This document shows positions 11,277 through 22,154 of a DNA stretch of 64,000 nucleotides, in pieces. The DNA comes from Spirochaetota bacterium. Lineage in GTDB: Bacteria; Spirochaetota; UBA6919; CBDBPB01. The stretch spans positions 256,001 through 320,000 of the forward strand of contig CBDBPB010000007.1 in NCBI GenBank assembly GCA_965208615.1. The letters are read 5' to 3'. Under the pieces are notes generated by a model. That model was not told the origin of the DNA, did no database searches, and saw nothing but the letters and a program-made list of their open reading frames with translations. The position numbers were made by a program, and so were the translations under genes. Numbering within the stretch: position 1 is the stretch's first letter; every line of letters starts with the position of its first letter.

Positions 11277-13376
11277 ATGGTTCACTCGGTAACACTAAAT
11301 ATTAACGGGAAAGATTTAATAATAGAAACAGGAAAACTGGCTAGACAGGCTAATGGATCGGTTACAATAAGTTATGGTGGAACCGTTGTTCTTACTACTG
11401 TATGCATAGCCCCTAAAGCTAATCTTAATATGGATTATTTTCCATTACAGGTAAATTATTCAGAAAAATATTATGCAGTTGGTAAAATACCAGGTGGCTT
11501 TATAAAACGGGAAGGAAGGGCTAAAGATAAAGAAATCTTAGTATCAAGATTAATTGATAGGCCTATAAGACCTTTATTTCCTGAGGGTTTTCGTAATGAG
11601 GTTCAGGTCTTGCCAACAACAATATCTGCTGATCAGGTTAATCCCCCTGATATATTGGGTATAATATCGGCTAGTGCGGCGTTGTGTATATCTGATTTGC
11701 CTTTTAATGGTCCTGTTGGTGCTGTTCGTGTGGGGCTTATAAATGGTAAATTAACTATTAATCCTACTTTTGAAGAAATTGGAGAAAGTGAACTTGACTT
11801 AATAGTTGCAGGTACTAAAAATGCTATTACTATGATCGAAGGCAGTGCTAAAGAGTTAACTGAAGATCAGATGCTTGATGCATTACGTTTTGCTCATGAT
11901 AATATAATTGAGGTTTGTAAAATCCAGGAGGACCTAGCTAGTAAATGTGCTAAGGATAAAATTGAGGTAACTCTTTTTACTATAGATGATGATATAAAAA
12001 AAGAGGTAACAGAGTTTATTTATGAGCCTATCAAAAATGCTTTTAAGTCTTCTGCTAAAAAGCTTGAAATGTATGATAGTTTAAATAAAATAAAAGAAGA
12101 AGCTGAACAGACTTTCTCTAGTAAGTTTGGTGAGGATAAAATACAGCAGATTAGGCAGGTATTTGAAGAAGTAGAACATGGTATAGTCCGTAGAATGATT
12201 ATTGATGAAGATCTTAGGGTGGATAGCCGTAAGCTTAATGAGATAAGGCCTATTTCTTGTGATATTGAGATATTACCCCGTACTCATGGTTCTGCATTAT
12301 TTACTAGAGGCGAAACTCAGAGCCTTGCAATCGTTACTCTTGGCACACACACTGATGTTCAACGTTTTGACGATCTTGATGGAGAGAGTTCAAAGCATTT
12401 TATGCTTCATTATAACTTTCCACCTTTTAGCGTTGGTGAGGTTGGTCGTGTTGGTGGAGTCGGTAGACGTGAGATTGGACATGGTTATTTGGCTGAAAAA
12501 GCTTTAGTTAACGTTTTACCCGATGAAGAGAGTTTTCCTTATACTATAAGGGTTGTGTCTGAGATATTGGAGTCTAATGGTTCATCATCTATGGCCAGTG
12601 TTTGTAGTTCTTCTATGGCTCTTTTGGATGCAGGGGTTCCTATATCAAAGGCTGTTAGTGGTATTGCTATGGGATTAGTTACTTTGGATGATAAATATAA
12701 GATTCTAACTGATATACAGGGTATAGAGGATCATTTGGGTGATATGGATTTTAAGGTAGCTGGTACTAGGGATGGTATTACGGCTTTTCAGTTAGACTTA
12801 AAAATGGAAGGTATTTCTTTTGATATTATGATTGATGCTTTTGAACAGGCAAAGACTGCAAGATTTGAAATATTGGATGCTATGGAAAATACTATTAAAG
12901 AAGTTAGCGAGACCTTGTCTCATTATGCTCCTAAGATTATATCTTATACAGTTAAAGAAAATAAAATAAAAGATGTTATTGGTCCAGGTGGGAAAACCAT
13001 TAAAGGTATAATTGAGAAAACTGGTGCTAATATTAATGTAGATGATTTTGGTAAGGTTACCATATCATCAAAGGATGAGTTAGCCGCTGAGAGTGCATAT
13101 AATATGGTTAAGGATATTATTACTGATGCAGAGATTGGCAAAATATATGATGGAACTGTTAAGCGTATTGTAGACTTTGGTGCATTTATAGAGATATTGC
13201 CTGGTAAAGAGGGCTTATGCCATATATCTAAAATATCAAGGGATAGAGTTAACAAGGTTGAGGATGTATTAAGTGTGGGAAAGTCTGTTAAGGTTAAAGT
13301 AATTGAGGTTGATAGGCAGAATAGAATTAAGTTAAGTATAAAGGATGCTGATAGGGCTAATGAAGGGAGAAGATAG
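11277..13376 (+). CDS. pnp: Polyribonucleotide nucleotidyltransferase
   Basis: ETGKLARQA, SRLIDRPIRP, HGSALFTRGETQ, ESNGSSSMAS, GDMDFKVAG; KH and S1 domains. Confidence 0.99.
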   Translation: MVHSVTLNINGKDLIIETGKLARQANGSVTISYGGTVVLTTVCIAPKANLNMDYFPLQVNYSEKYYAVGKIPGGFIKREGRAKDKEILVSRLIDRPIRPLFPEGFRNEVQVLPTTISADQVNPPDILGIISASAALCISDLPFNGPVGAVRVGLINGKLTINPTFEEIGESELDLIVAGTKNAITMIEGSAKELTEDQMLDALRFAHDNIIEVCKIQEDLASKCAKDKIEVTLFTIDDDIKKEVTEFIYEPIKNAFKSSAKKLEMYDSLNKIKEEAEQTFSSKFGEDKIQQIRQVFEEVEHGIVRRMIIDEDLRVDSRKLNEIRPISCDIEILPRTHGSALFTRGETQSLAIVTLGTHTDVQRFDDLDGESSKHFMLHYNFPPFSVGEVGRVGGVGRREIGHGYLAEKALVNVLPDEESFPYTIRVVSEILESNGSSSMASVCSSSMALLDAGVPISKAVSGIAMGLVTLDDKYKILTDIQGIEDHLGDMDFKVAGTRDGITAFQLDLKMEGISFDIMIDAFEQAKTARFEILDAMENTIKEVSETLSHYAPKIISYTVKENKIKDVIGPGGKTIKGIIEKTGANINVDDFGKVTISSKDELAAESAYNMVKDIITDAEIGKIYDGTVKRIVDFGAFIEILPGKEGLCHISKISRDRVNKVEDVLSVGKSVKVKVIEVDRQNRIKLSIKDADRANEGRR

Positions 13377-13381
13377 GGCTT

Positions 13382-14632
13382 TTGATTGAAAAGTATGTTT
13401 TAGATAATGGGATTCATGTTATTTGTGATGAGGTTAGTTTTTATAAAACCTTTTCTCTTGGATTTTGGGTTGGAGTTGGGTCTATTTATGAGGATGATTT
13501 AACTAATGGTTATACTCATTTTTTGGAACATGTTTTATTTAAGGGTACTAAGACTCGTAGTTATTTAGATATTTCAAAAGAGATTGATTGTGTTGGAGGC
13601 TATATAAATGCCTTTACTGAGCATGAAAGTACTTGTTTTTATGTTAACATGATGACTAAGTATACAAAGCTTGGAATAAATGTTCTTTGGGATATTATTA
13701 CTAATCCTACTATTGAATCCAATGAATTAGAAAAAGAGAAAATGGTAGTCTTAGAAGAGATTAATATGTATGAAGACTCTTCTGAAGACCTTGTTACTGA
13801 TTTATTCTTGGCTAGTACATGGAAAGGACATCCTATGGGTTATCCTATTTTAGGTAATAAGGATAACATTGATAAGATAGACAGATATAGTATAATAGAC
13901 TTCTACAAAAAACATTACTCTTCTGATAACATTACTATTTCAATTTCTGGTAATTTTGATAAGAAAGTTTTTATCAAAGAGATAGAGTGTTTATCATTTA
14001 GGATAGGAGAAAAGGCTTTTTATAAGCCAAAGTTAATAGAACCTAATTTTGGTATGGACTACAAATATAAAGAACTATTACAGTTATATTTTAATTTAGG
14101 TTTTAAGGCATTTAATCGCCATAATTCAAAACGTTATGTTCTATACTTGCTGACAATATTGTTAGGAGGTGGATCAAGTTCCAGGTTATTTGTTGAGGTA
14201 AGAGAAAAGCTTGGTTTATGTTATTCTATATATAGTTATCACAAGCTTTTTGAAGAAGACGGACTTATAGCTATTGCCTCATCCACAAGTGAGGATAAAT
14301 ATATTAGGGTATTAGAGGTTATTTGGCAGGAGATAGATAAACTTTGTAAATATGGTATAACTGAAGAAGAGCTTAATTTAGCTAAGGAACAGTTTATAGG
14401 CAATATTATTTTTGAACAAGAGAGCTTAGAGTTTAGAATGATTAGGAATGCAAAGTATGAGATTAAATATGGTTATCAATTACCTTATGAAGAGGCTATA
14501 TTAAATATTAAAAAGGTAAAGGTTGATGATGTAAACAATATTATTAATGAGTTGTTTAAGGTTGAATCATGTTCTATGTTTAGTTTGGGAGCTGTTGATA
14601 GAGTCGGTTTTATACCGAAAAAGATAGGTTAG
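13382..14632 (+). CDS. M16 family zinc peptidase
   Basis: HFLEH (HxxEH) motif, INAFT, GGGSSSRLF.EVREK.GL.YS. Confidence 0.92.
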   Translation: MIEKYVLDNGIHVICDEVSFYKTFSLGFWVGVGSIYEDDLTNGYTHFLEHVLFKGTKTRSYLDISKEIDCVGGYINAFTEHESTCFYVNMMTKYTKLGINVLWDIITNPTIESNELEKEKMVVLEEINMYEDSSEDLVTDLFLASTWKGHPMGYPILGNKDNIDKIDRYSIIDFYKKHYSSDNITISISGNFDKKVFIKEIECLSFRIGEKAFYKPKLIEPNFGMDYKYKELLQLYFNLGFKAFNRHNSKRYVLYLLTILLGGGSSSRLFVEVREKLGLCYSIYSYHKLFEEDGLIAIASSTSEDKYIRVLEVIWQEIDKLCKYGITEEELNLAKEQFIGNIIFEQESLEFRMIRNAKYEIKYGYQLPYEEAILNIKKVKVDDVNNIINELFKVESCSMFSLGAVDRVGFIPKKIG

Positions 14633-14685
14633 TATAGTTTTACTTTTGGGGGTAAAGGCTATCTATTAAATATGAGGGAATTAAT

Positions 14686-16380
14686 TTGAATGATAAACAA
14701 AAAAAATTAAAGAAAAAAAAAGTAAGTTCTATAAAAATATTACCTCTTGGCGGGTGTAATGAAATTGGAAAGAATTGTACAGTTATAGAATATAAAGATG
14801 AGATAGTCGTTATTGATTGTGGGGTTATGTTCCCTGAGTCTGGGATGCACGGTATTGATCTTGTTATTCCTGATATGACTTATTTGTATAAAAACTCTAG
14901 TAAGGTAAAAGCTATTCTTCTTACCCATGGACACGAGGATCATATTGGTGCATTGCCATATTTAATTAAGATAGTTAATGCTCCTATATATGGTGGAAAG
15001 TTTACATTGGGCTTATTAGAGAATAGGCTTAAAGAACACGGACTCTTTGAGCAGGTTGAATTAAATATTACTGAATATAGAAAGCCTTTTAAAGTAGGAT
15101 CATTTAATATTGAGTTTGTTAAAACTACTCATAGTATTGCTGATAGTGCCGCTATATTACTTGATACTCCTTTGGGTAAGGTTTTGCATACTGGGGATTT
15201 TAAGATTGACCATTCTCCTATTGATGGAAAGCCATTCGATTTTTATCGATTTGCAGAGTTAGGAGAAAATGGTTTATTGGCTTTACTCTCTGATAGTACT
15301 AACATTAATAAGGATGGATATACCTTATCTGAGAAAGTTATTTATCAGGTATTAAGGGATGCATTTAGGCGTACAAAGGGACGTATTTTTATTGCTACTT
15401 TTGCCTCTAACATTCACAGAATTCAGATTGTCTTTGATGTTGCTAAAGAGTTTAATAAGAAAGTTGCTGTATCAGGGCGTAGTATGGAAGGAAATATACA
15501 GATTGCTAAAGAGCTTGGTTATTTAAGCTTTTCTGAAGATGTGCTTCATCCAATTGAAGACTTAAAAAGTATGTCTCGTAATCATACTGTACTTATTACT
15601 ACTGGTACTCAGGGTGAGCCTATGAGTGCTTTATCTCTTTTAGCAAATGAAAAACATAAGTGGTTAATGATTGAAAAAGGGGATATGGTAATAATTTCTG
15701 CTAGTGTTATACCCGGTAATGAGAAGGGTGTATCAAAGATCATTAACAGTCTTATGAAAGCAGGGGCAAACGTTATTTATGAGGCTATTGAGGATATTCA
15801 TGTTTCTGGACACGGTTGTAGAGAAGAGCTTAAAATGATGATTAGTCTTGTTAGGCCTAAGTTTTTTATACCTATTCACGGAGAATATCGTCATTTAGTT
15901 AATCATTCAAAGATGGCTAGTTTATTGGGTATACCTGAGAGTCGTATTCAGGTTTTAGAGAATGGGGATATGGTTGAAATCACTCCTAATAGTATGGTTA
16001 GGAGTGGATATATTGATTGTCAGCAGGTATTTGTTGATGGTAAGGGCGTTGGAGATATTGGTACTAAGGTAATTCGTGATAGACAGGTATTATCAGAGGA
16101 TGGTATTGTTGTTGTTATTGTTACTAACCAGCCTAAAAACGGTAAAAAGGTTTATAAGCCCGAGATTATATCTAGAGGTTTTGTTTATATTAAGGATTCA
16201 AGTGAGATTTTTAAAAAGGCCGAAAATCTAGTATTAGATATTGCAAAAGAGTATAGTAGTAATGGTTTAGAAAATGATTTTAATAGTTTTAATAATAAGA
16301 TTAGGATGACTCTTAGGGACTTCTTTTATAAAGAGACTCGGCGTAAGCCAATAATTATTACTAGGATAATTGAAAAGTAG
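14686..16380 (+). CDS. rnj: Ribonuclease J
   Basis: PLGG..EIGKN, THGHEDHIG, HTGDFK, TGTQGEP, HVSGH, PIHGEYRH. Confidence 0.97.
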   Translation: MNDKQKKLKKKKVSSIKILPLGGCNEIGKNCTVIEYKDEIVVIDCGVMFPESGMHGIDLVIPDMTYLYKNSSKVKAILLTHGHEDHIGALPYLIKIVNAPIYGGKFTLGLLENRLKEHGLFEQVELNITEYRKPFKVGSFNIEFVKTTHSIADSAAILLDTPLGKVLHTGDFKIDHSPIDGKPFDFYRFAELGENGLLALLSDSTNINKDGYTLSEKVIYQVLRDAFRRTKGRIFIATFASNIHRIQIVFDVAKEFNKKVAVSGRSMEGNIQIAKELGYLSFSEDVLHPIEDLKSMSRNHTVLITTGTQGEPMSALSLLANEKHKWLMIEKGDMVIISASVIPGNEKGVSKIINSLMKAGANVIYEAIEDIHVSGHGCREELKMMISLVRPKFFIPIHGEYRHLVNHSKMASLLGIPESRIQVLENGDMVEITPNSMVRSGYIDCQQVFVDGKGVGDIGTKVIRDRQVLSEDGIVVVIVTNQPKNGKKVYKPEIISRGFVYIKDSSEIFKKAENLVLDIAKEYSSNGLENDFNSFNNKIRMTLRDFFYKETRRKPIIITRIIEK

Positions 16381-16442
16381 TACTACTTTATAAAATTACT
16401 CAATATAGCTGTATAACGCGTTAGTTGTATAGCAAAAAGTAC

Positions 16443-16470
16443 TCAATTATTTAGTAAGTATACCGATGGA
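16443..16470 (+). promoter_or_regulatory. Putative sigma28 (FliA) promoter
   Basis: TCAA-N16-CCGAT about 35 nt upstream of the 16503 start. Confidence 0.5.
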
Positions 16471-16502
16471 TAATTGATTAAAACTAAATTGAGTGTACTA
16501 TA

Positions 16503-18092
16503 ATGAGAAAAGTTATAATTTTGGTATCTTTTTTAATCTTATCAATAAGTTATGGGAAGAACCCTAAGATTATTAATCTTGGAAAGCTTAATGGATGGGG
16601 TTATCTTTACCATCAAAATACTAAATATCATAATGGTTTTGATGATAAAGATATTATACTAAAAGATAATGCTTATAGCCCTGATCATAATGTTGATTTA
16701 TTAATCCACTTTGATGGTAAGACCAATAAACCATGGACTAAAGATAAAAGCAATATAACTCGTAATTATAGTGTTAGAAAGAAGAGATTTTTATTTGACT
16801 CGAAAAATAAGGTATATGGAGAGTCAGCCGCTAAGTTTATCCACAATAATAGCACTATAAACCTAAGGCCTAAGGCTGGATCATGGTTTAATAGAACTAG
16901 TCATGCTGGAAGTTTTACAATAGAGTTTTGGTTAAATCCCTCCACTCTTAGTGATGAACAGGTAATACTAAAAAAATATGGTCCTATAATTGCTAATGGA
17001 CTTGTTGATAAATATAGTGGTATTATTTGCAAAATCAAAAATAGAAGGCTAAACTGGGAGTTTCATAATATGTTCCACTTAGCCAACTACTCTTATGATA
17101 AAAAGGATCAGTTAGTAAAAGAACTTGTTAAAATAACTAGTTATAGTCGTCTTAGGCAGTATAAGTGGATGCATCACGCTGTAACTTTTGATGCTCTTAG
17201 TGGAAAGATGATATATTATGTTAATGGCAAGGCTCAGAAGACTATTTTTATAACTGCATCAGGCCAGCCTTATGATACTATACTCACTCCTAAATTTCAC
17301 TCTGAAGAAAAGTCTTTGTTCATAATTGGTGAAAGGTTTTACGGCTTTATGGATGAGCTTATGATTTATACTGATTATAAGGTTCCTCATCCTCTTATAA
17401 TTAGGTATTCTGGTAAATATAAGGAAAAACAGTACTTTAAGACTAAGAAGTACTCATCTTTAGAGGGGCTGGTAACTAGTGGTATATTTGATCATAAGTT
17501 TACAGGATCATATTTAAAGCGGGTTAAGGTCAATGCTAGTGAGCTGGGTGGGAGTCAAATTGATATTTTATATAGGATGAGTGATAAATATTTTTCTCCT
17601 AGCGATAATTTATTAAAATGGCATGAGTTAAAGCAAAATGACATATCCTTTAGGATTAATAAAAGTCCAATGGGTCGATTCTTTCAGTGGAAGGCTATTT
17701 TAAAGAGCAGTTATGATGGTAAACACTCCCCCATACTTAAGGATATATCTTTTCATTTTGTTATAGACAATAATCCCTCGTCTCCAAAGGGGCTTACGGC
17801 CTATAGCAGCAGGGGTAAGGTATTCTTAAAATGGAAGGGTAATTTAGAAAGGGATATAAAAGAATATCGCATTTATTACGGGATTCATAAAGGAACATAT
17901 CTCGGAGAAGATAATAATATTAATACTAAGCCTATAACTATAGCCATAAATCAGCTAAGCAATAGAGTAGAGCCTTATTATGCTGTTCCAGGGTTATCTA
18001 TGAACCGTGTTTATTTCTTTGTTATTACTGCTGTGGATAAACATAATCATGAGAGTATTCCATCTGATGAGGTATCCATAAAGGTAAGATAG
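16503..18092 (+). CDS. Exported LamG-like jellyroll protein with C-terminal fibronectin type III domain
   Basis: Signal peptide; SFTIEFWLNP, KWMHHAVTFD..SG...YYVNG, FYGFMDEL (LamG-like); PKGLTA..V.LKW..YRIYYG..YFFVITAVD..HES..S (FN3). Confidence 0.75.
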   Translation: MRKVIILVSFLILSISYGKNPKIINLGKLNGWGYLYHQNTKYHNGFDDKDIILKDNAYSPDHNVDLLIHFDGKTNKPWTKDKSNITRNYSVRKKRFLFDSKNKVYGESAAKFIHNNSTINLRPKAGSWFNRTSHAGSFTIEFWLNPSTLSDEQVILKKYGPIIANGLVDKYSGIICKIKNRRLNWEFHNMFHLANYSYDKKDQLVKELVKITSYSRLRQYKWMHHAVTFDALSGKMIYYVNGKAQKTIFITASGQPYDTILTPKFHSEEKSLFIIGERFYGFMDELMIYTDYKVPHPLIIRYSGKYKEKQYFKTKKYSSLEGLVTSGIFDHKFTGSYLKRVKVNASELGGSQIDILYRMSDKYFSPSDNLLKWHELKQNDISFRINKSPMGRFFQWKAILKSSYDGKHSPILKDISFHFVIDNNPSSPKGLTAYSSRGKVFLKWKGNLERDIKEYRIYYGIHKGTYLGEDNNINTKPITIAINQLSNRVEPYYAVPGLSMNRVYFFVITAVDKHNHESIPSDEVSIKVR

Positions 18093-18108
18093 CTTATTTA
18101 TAAAAACT

Positions 18109-18134
18109 AAAAAGAGCCCATAGGGCTCTTTTTT
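18109..18134. terminator. Bidirectional intrinsic terminator between convergent genes
   Basis: AAAAAGAGCCC-ATA-GGGCTCTTTTTT. Confidence 0.85.
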
Positions 18135-18804
18135 AGCTTAGTAGCAGTATTGCAGAGTTAGAATCTAGGTTTTTATGTGTTATTTCAGGAACACCCGTAC
18201 TTTTGATTGAATCTAATACCTCAGAGGCAGAAGACTCATTCATAGTACTAACCAACTGTTCGGATATTTCTTGACTCAAGTTATTTTTCAAATAATGTTT
18301 AACATTATCAATATTAGATGAAACTCTATAAATCTTATTGGACAGATCAATAGACCTTATAAAAGGCTTATAACTTGATGCAATACTGACATTTAATTCT
18401 TCAACACTCTTAACCAAACTATTTAAACTAGGAAAGTCTTTAGATAGTTTTGACATATCCTTATAAATAGAGTATAGAGACTGAAATATAGTTGACCTGT
18501 TATGAAAGATACTCGATTTATCTTTCATAAGCTCAAAGTCAACATTTTTTAAGTTATCTAATACTTTAGATAACTTATTAAGATTCACCTCAGTACTCTG
18601 AAGCCAAGATACTGAGTTTTGAATCTTACGATATTTTGCTAATTCTTTCAAATACTTAAATCTTAGGTTTAAAGTTTTTCTAAAAGGATCAACATTATTT
18701 TTTGATCCTTTATTTTCAAAAGAAACATCTGGATAGCCATCTTTTTTAAACTTACTTATTAAGATGGATAAATTACTAATTCTAGAATCATTTAATACTT
18801 GCAT
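18133..18804 (-). CDS. Highly diverged flagellin-like protein
   Basis: IQNSVSWLQSTEVNLNKLSKVLDNLK resembles Fla[27 protein letters not shown]; C-terminus NLDSNSAILLLS resembles [12 protein letters not shown]; GGAGG RBS; directly downstream of flaB. Confidence 0.55.
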   Translation of the reverse strand: MQVLNDSRISNLSILISKFKKDGYPDVSFENKGSKNNVDPFRKTLNLRFKYLKELAKYRKIQNSVSWLQSTEVNLNKLSKVLDNLKNVDFELMKDKSSIFHNRSTIFQSLYSIYKDMSKLSKDFPSLNSLVKSVEELNVSIASSYKPFIRSIDLSNKIYRVSSNIDNVKHYLKNNLSQEISEQLVSTMNESSASEVLDSIKSTGVPEITHKNLDSNSAILLLS

Positions 18805-18864
18805 ACTAGCCTCCTTAAGGATGATAGATAAACTAAAATCCCCTTGGCCTATACCAGCTTACCT

Positions 18865-19725
18865 TTATCGCAATAGTTGAAGAACTAAGCTAGGTTTTAC
18901 ATTTGCCTGAGCAAGCATAGAAGTTCCGGCTTGAAGAAGTATTTGATCTCTAGTCATTTTAATGGTTTCTTCTGCCATATCAGTATCACGGATTCGAGAT
19001 TCAGCTGCTTGAAGGTTTTCGTAACCGTTTAATAGTCCTTTAACTGCAAACTCAAGCCTATTCTGATATGCACCTAGGTCTGCTCTTTGCTTAGAGATTT
19101 TTCTTAAGGCTTCATCAAGGTCACCAATAGCCTTATTAGCCCTATCCTGAGTAGTTAATTCCATAAGCTCACCAGTACCTAATGCTTTTAATCCAAGGGC
19201 TTTGGCAGTCATTGTTCCAACGTAGACTCTTTCACGCTGATCCATATTAGCGCCAATGTGAAACCACATACTGGCAATAGCTGGAGTTGTTGGATTATCC
19301 TTTGCAAATCGACCAGTTAGCATATTAAGAGTGTTAAACTGTGCATGAGATGCAATACGATCCACCTCATCGATTAGTTGGGACACTTCTACTTGGATTT
19401 GCATTCTGTCTTCGGCAGTATAAATACCATTTGAGGCCTGTACAGCAAGTTCTCTAATTCTGTGGATAACATTTTGAGAGTTTTGCAAATAGCCTTCTGC
19501 AGTTTGGATAAAGGATATGTCATCTTCTGCATTCATTGCAGCTCTTCTAAGACCTCTTATTTGAGCTCTCATTTTTTCAGATACTGCTAATCCTGATGCA
19601 TCATCACCGGCTCTATTAATCCGCATGCCAGAAGAAAGCTTTTCAAGGCTCTTTTCAAGGCTAAGATTATTACTTTTGAGTTGGTTATGAGAAAAGATAG
19701 CACTTAAATTGTGATTGATAATCAT
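18865..19725 (-). CDS. flaB: Flagellin, spirochaete periplasmic flagellar core type
   Basis: MIINHNLSA start, [41 protein letters not shown], short 286 aa without variable domain. Confidence 0.97.
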   Translation of the reverse strand: MIINHNLSAIFSHNQLKSNNLSLEKSLEKLSSGMRINRAGDDASGLAVSEKMRAQIRGLRRAAMNAEDDISFIQTAEGYLQNSQNVIHRIRELAVQASNGIYTAEDRMQIQVEVSQLIDEVDRIASHAQFNTLNMLTGRFAKDNPTTPAIASMWFHIGANMDQRERVYVGTMTAKALGLKALGTGELMELTTQDRANKAIGDLDEALRKISKQRADLGAYQNRLEFAVKGLLNGYENLQAAESRIRDTDMAEETIKMTRDQILLQAGTSMLAQANVKPSLVLQLLR

Positions 19726-19729
19726 TAAT

Positions 19730-19829
19730 TTCCTCCTTGAAATCGATCATCGTAGCGTCCTTATAAAGCAGCTTTCTCTAAATTGAATTGGTTTCCCATT
19801 GAGATAAGTAAACACATCCTTGCGTTTAC
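19730..19829 (-). promoter_or_regulatory. CsrA-binding sites in the flaB leader
   Basis: Minus strand: hairpin GTAAACGC-AAGGAT-GTGTTTAC (19808-19829) with ANGGA loop, a second AAGGAC, and AAGGAGG over the Shine-Dalgarno. Confidence 0.65.
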
Positions 19830-19869
19830 ACAGCTAAATGTTTAACCTTTATTTTAAGTATATACCAAA

Positions 19870-19897
19870 AATTCGGTTATGGTTATCCCAAATTTTA
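19870..19897 (-). promoter_or_regulatory. Putative sigma28 promoter of flaB
   Basis: Minus strand TAAAATTT-N12-ACCGAATT, one base longer than the consensus spacing. Confidence 0.45.
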
Positions 19898-20004
19898 ACG
19901 GAATGAATTAAAAAAGGCTGTTTTTTGATAAAATAATTTATTTTTTTATTTTAAGAGGTGGGCATATAATAACATAGCATTGTTAAGTTGATGAAAATAA
20001 TATA

Positions 20005-20895
20005 TTAGTAGCTTGCTATTATTACAACGGCAAGAGCGTTTAAACAAACTACCTCTATTAGTGAGGCACTTATATTACTCCTTTGCGTAATTTCTTTATT
20101 TAAGGATAGTCCAAAAAGCATAGCCTTATCAACAAATATCCGTATTAGTGGAAAGGCTATAATGGCAAATATTGATAACCAAATATAATAAGTTAAGCTA
20201 TCACCCCAGTTTATAAACTTACCATCTGCATAAATACCTTTAAAAAGGATTAGTCCAAGAGCAATTAACCTTCCTGAAAAAGATATTCCAGCAGATATAT
20301 TAGCCTTATCAATTTCTAATTGTATGTTATAAGGCGATATCCATCCTAAAATAAGGCTGTATATTATAAATGTTATTTGTCCTATTAGAAAGAAAACTAT
20401 GGATAATAATACCTCTGTCAACAATGGACCAAAACTATAATAAAATAAACCTAAATAAGAAGGGCTTAGGCTAATACTTGCACTAATTACTAATCCACTA
20501 GCTATATACCCCCCAGCTAATACTATTCCTGTGCCAATATTTTTATCTTTTATAAGTTCGTTACTTATATTAAACTTATATAGTATTAACTTATAAATAG
20601 TTAACCTTGACATATTTAGTAAAAGTATCCCTAAAAGACCGTGAAGCCAAAAACGTATTATACCATCCTCTAACGGAGTATTATGTATATTAGGTATAGC
20701 CCCCATTATTATAATTATTAGAGCAATAAAGTATCCAAATAGGCTTATTCCGACTGCAGAGTTCTTATTTTGACCTATTTCTTTATTTAGCTTATAACTG
20801 GTTAGTAAGTCATAGATTAGTTTGCCTATTAATAAAAAGATAATAGTCATAAGCCCGTAAAAAAGCATTTGAGGAAAAATAGCAAAGTTTTTCAT
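20005..20895 (-). CDS. DUF350-family membrane protein (tandem domains)
   Basis: Multiple TM helices; four copies of a Y/F-x-L/I-x-x-E-I/L...N.A/G.G motif (YKLNKEIGQNKNSAVGI, FNISNELIKDKNIGTGI, YNIQLEIDKANISAGI, LSLNKEITQRSNISASL). Confidence 0.8.
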   Translation of the reverse strand: MKNFAIFPQMLFYGLMTIIFLLIGKLIYDLLTSYKLNKEIGQNKNSAVGISLFGYFIALIIIIMGAIPNIHNTPLEDGIIRFWLHGLLGILLLNMSRLTIYKLILYKFNISNELIKDKNIGTGIVLAGGYIASGLVISASISLSPSYLGLFYYSFGPLLTEVLLSIVFFLIGQITFIIYSLILGWISPYNIQLEIDKANISAGISFSGRLIALGLILFKGIYADGKFINWGDSLTYYIWLSIFAIIAFPLIRIFVDKAMLFGLSLNKEITQRSNISASLIEVVCLNALAVVIIASY

Positions 20896-20956
20896 AGCTT
20901 ATTCACCCATATAAAGTTTTGAAAAGGTTTATAGCAGTAATATAATTTAGAAAAAG

Positions 20957-21517
20957 CTAATCTTTTAATGGAAAATCTGGACCTATTAAAGATTCCATAA
21001 CATCACACTTCATTTCAATTTCTTCTTTAAGCTCTGGGGCAATGTCTTCATCAGAAATAGCCCTAACCCATTCAATAAAGTCCAAAATAGCATCACTTGG
21101 TATATAAGACTTTTTATTTTGTACAGATTGATGAAATTGTGTATGATCCTCGCCATAGGAGCCGTATGAGTTAATATGAAGTTGCCCTCTCATATCACCG
21201 TTGAAGTATATTAGTGGTTTATTAGAGTCGGTTTTTTTTAAGCTTTTTGTTTCTCTTTCGTAGAAGTCAATTCCTTTTGGAGTTAGTCTATAGGACAGAA
21301 CCTTATTTTTACTATGAGAAAGGGGAGTAATATATTCTTTATCGGTAAGGTAGTTTAGTGTGGCTAGTATTTCTTTAGGATTAGTATTAGAGCCTATTTT
21401 AGTAGTAATATCGTTTATGGAAAGAGGATCAATAGGATTTTGATTAACATATTGTTTGTAAAGTACTTTTAAAAGCAGTTTAGCAGACTTTCTAATATTA
21501 GGCATATTTTTCCCCAA
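20957..21517 (-). CDS. Hypothetical protein with possible N-terminal winged helix
   Basis: LNYLTDKEYI...YRLTPKGIDFYE wing-like pattern; start codon uncertain. Confidence 0.5.
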   Translation of the reverse strand: MGKNMPNIRKSAKLLLKVLYKQYVNQNPIDPLSINDITTKIGSNTNPKEILATLNYLTDKEYITPLSHSKNKVLSYRLTPKGIDFYERETKSLKKTDSNKPLIYFNGDMRGQLHINSYGSYGEDHTQFHQSVQNKKSYIPSDAILDFIEWVRAISDEDIAPELKEEIEMKCDVMESLIGPDFPLKD

Positions 21518-21834
21518 GCAAATATATTACTTTTTTTGTTTATACAAATAAATGAAACTTGCTAATTATTCCTACTTTGAAGATATACAAACTTTTAGAA
21601 AAGTCAATTTTATTATATAGGATTTATTGTATTTTAAATTTATTTATAGTCTTTAAAAATAAACAAATTCAGGCTTAGGAACATTATCGCATAGTTCATT
21701 ATAGCCAGATTTATTTATCTTAATAGATGCTAATTAAAATTAGGGCAATAATTTTTTATTAAGAATAATATAGCTTTTTTTTTGCTTTTTGTAAAGGTAG
21801 TTAGTATATTTTTTTATAATAAAAAAAATTAACA

Positions 21835-22110
21835 TTGAGGCATTTTATGAATTTTAAAAATTATAAAATTAATAATTATGCTTTCCAAAGAGTTAAATCT
21901 ATAATATTTAACTACCTTATAGCGGTTTTTATATTGGCTATACTAACTATATTCTTTTTGCAAACTAAAAAAGAAGGTTTAATTAGTCAAAAGAATATTC
22001 TAAACCTTAGTCAACAGAGCATATATGACAAAAATAAAAAAGAAGAATTCATGCTAACGAAAACTAAGCCTATTATTCTATTTAAAGTTAAAAACTATGA
22101 TAATTATTAA
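21835..22110 (+). CDS. Possible small membrane-anchored hypothetical protein
   Basis: One hydrophobic segment; TTGCTT-N17-TATATT upstream; no recognisable motif. Confidence 0.3.
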   Translation: MRHFMNFKNYKINNYAFQRVKSIIFNYLIAVFILAILTIFFLQTKKEGLISQKNILNLSQQSIYDKNKKEEFMLTKTKPIILFKVKNYDNY

Positions 22111-22154
22111 TTTATTCATTGTATGAGTTAACTAATTATTTGTTAGCATATAAA

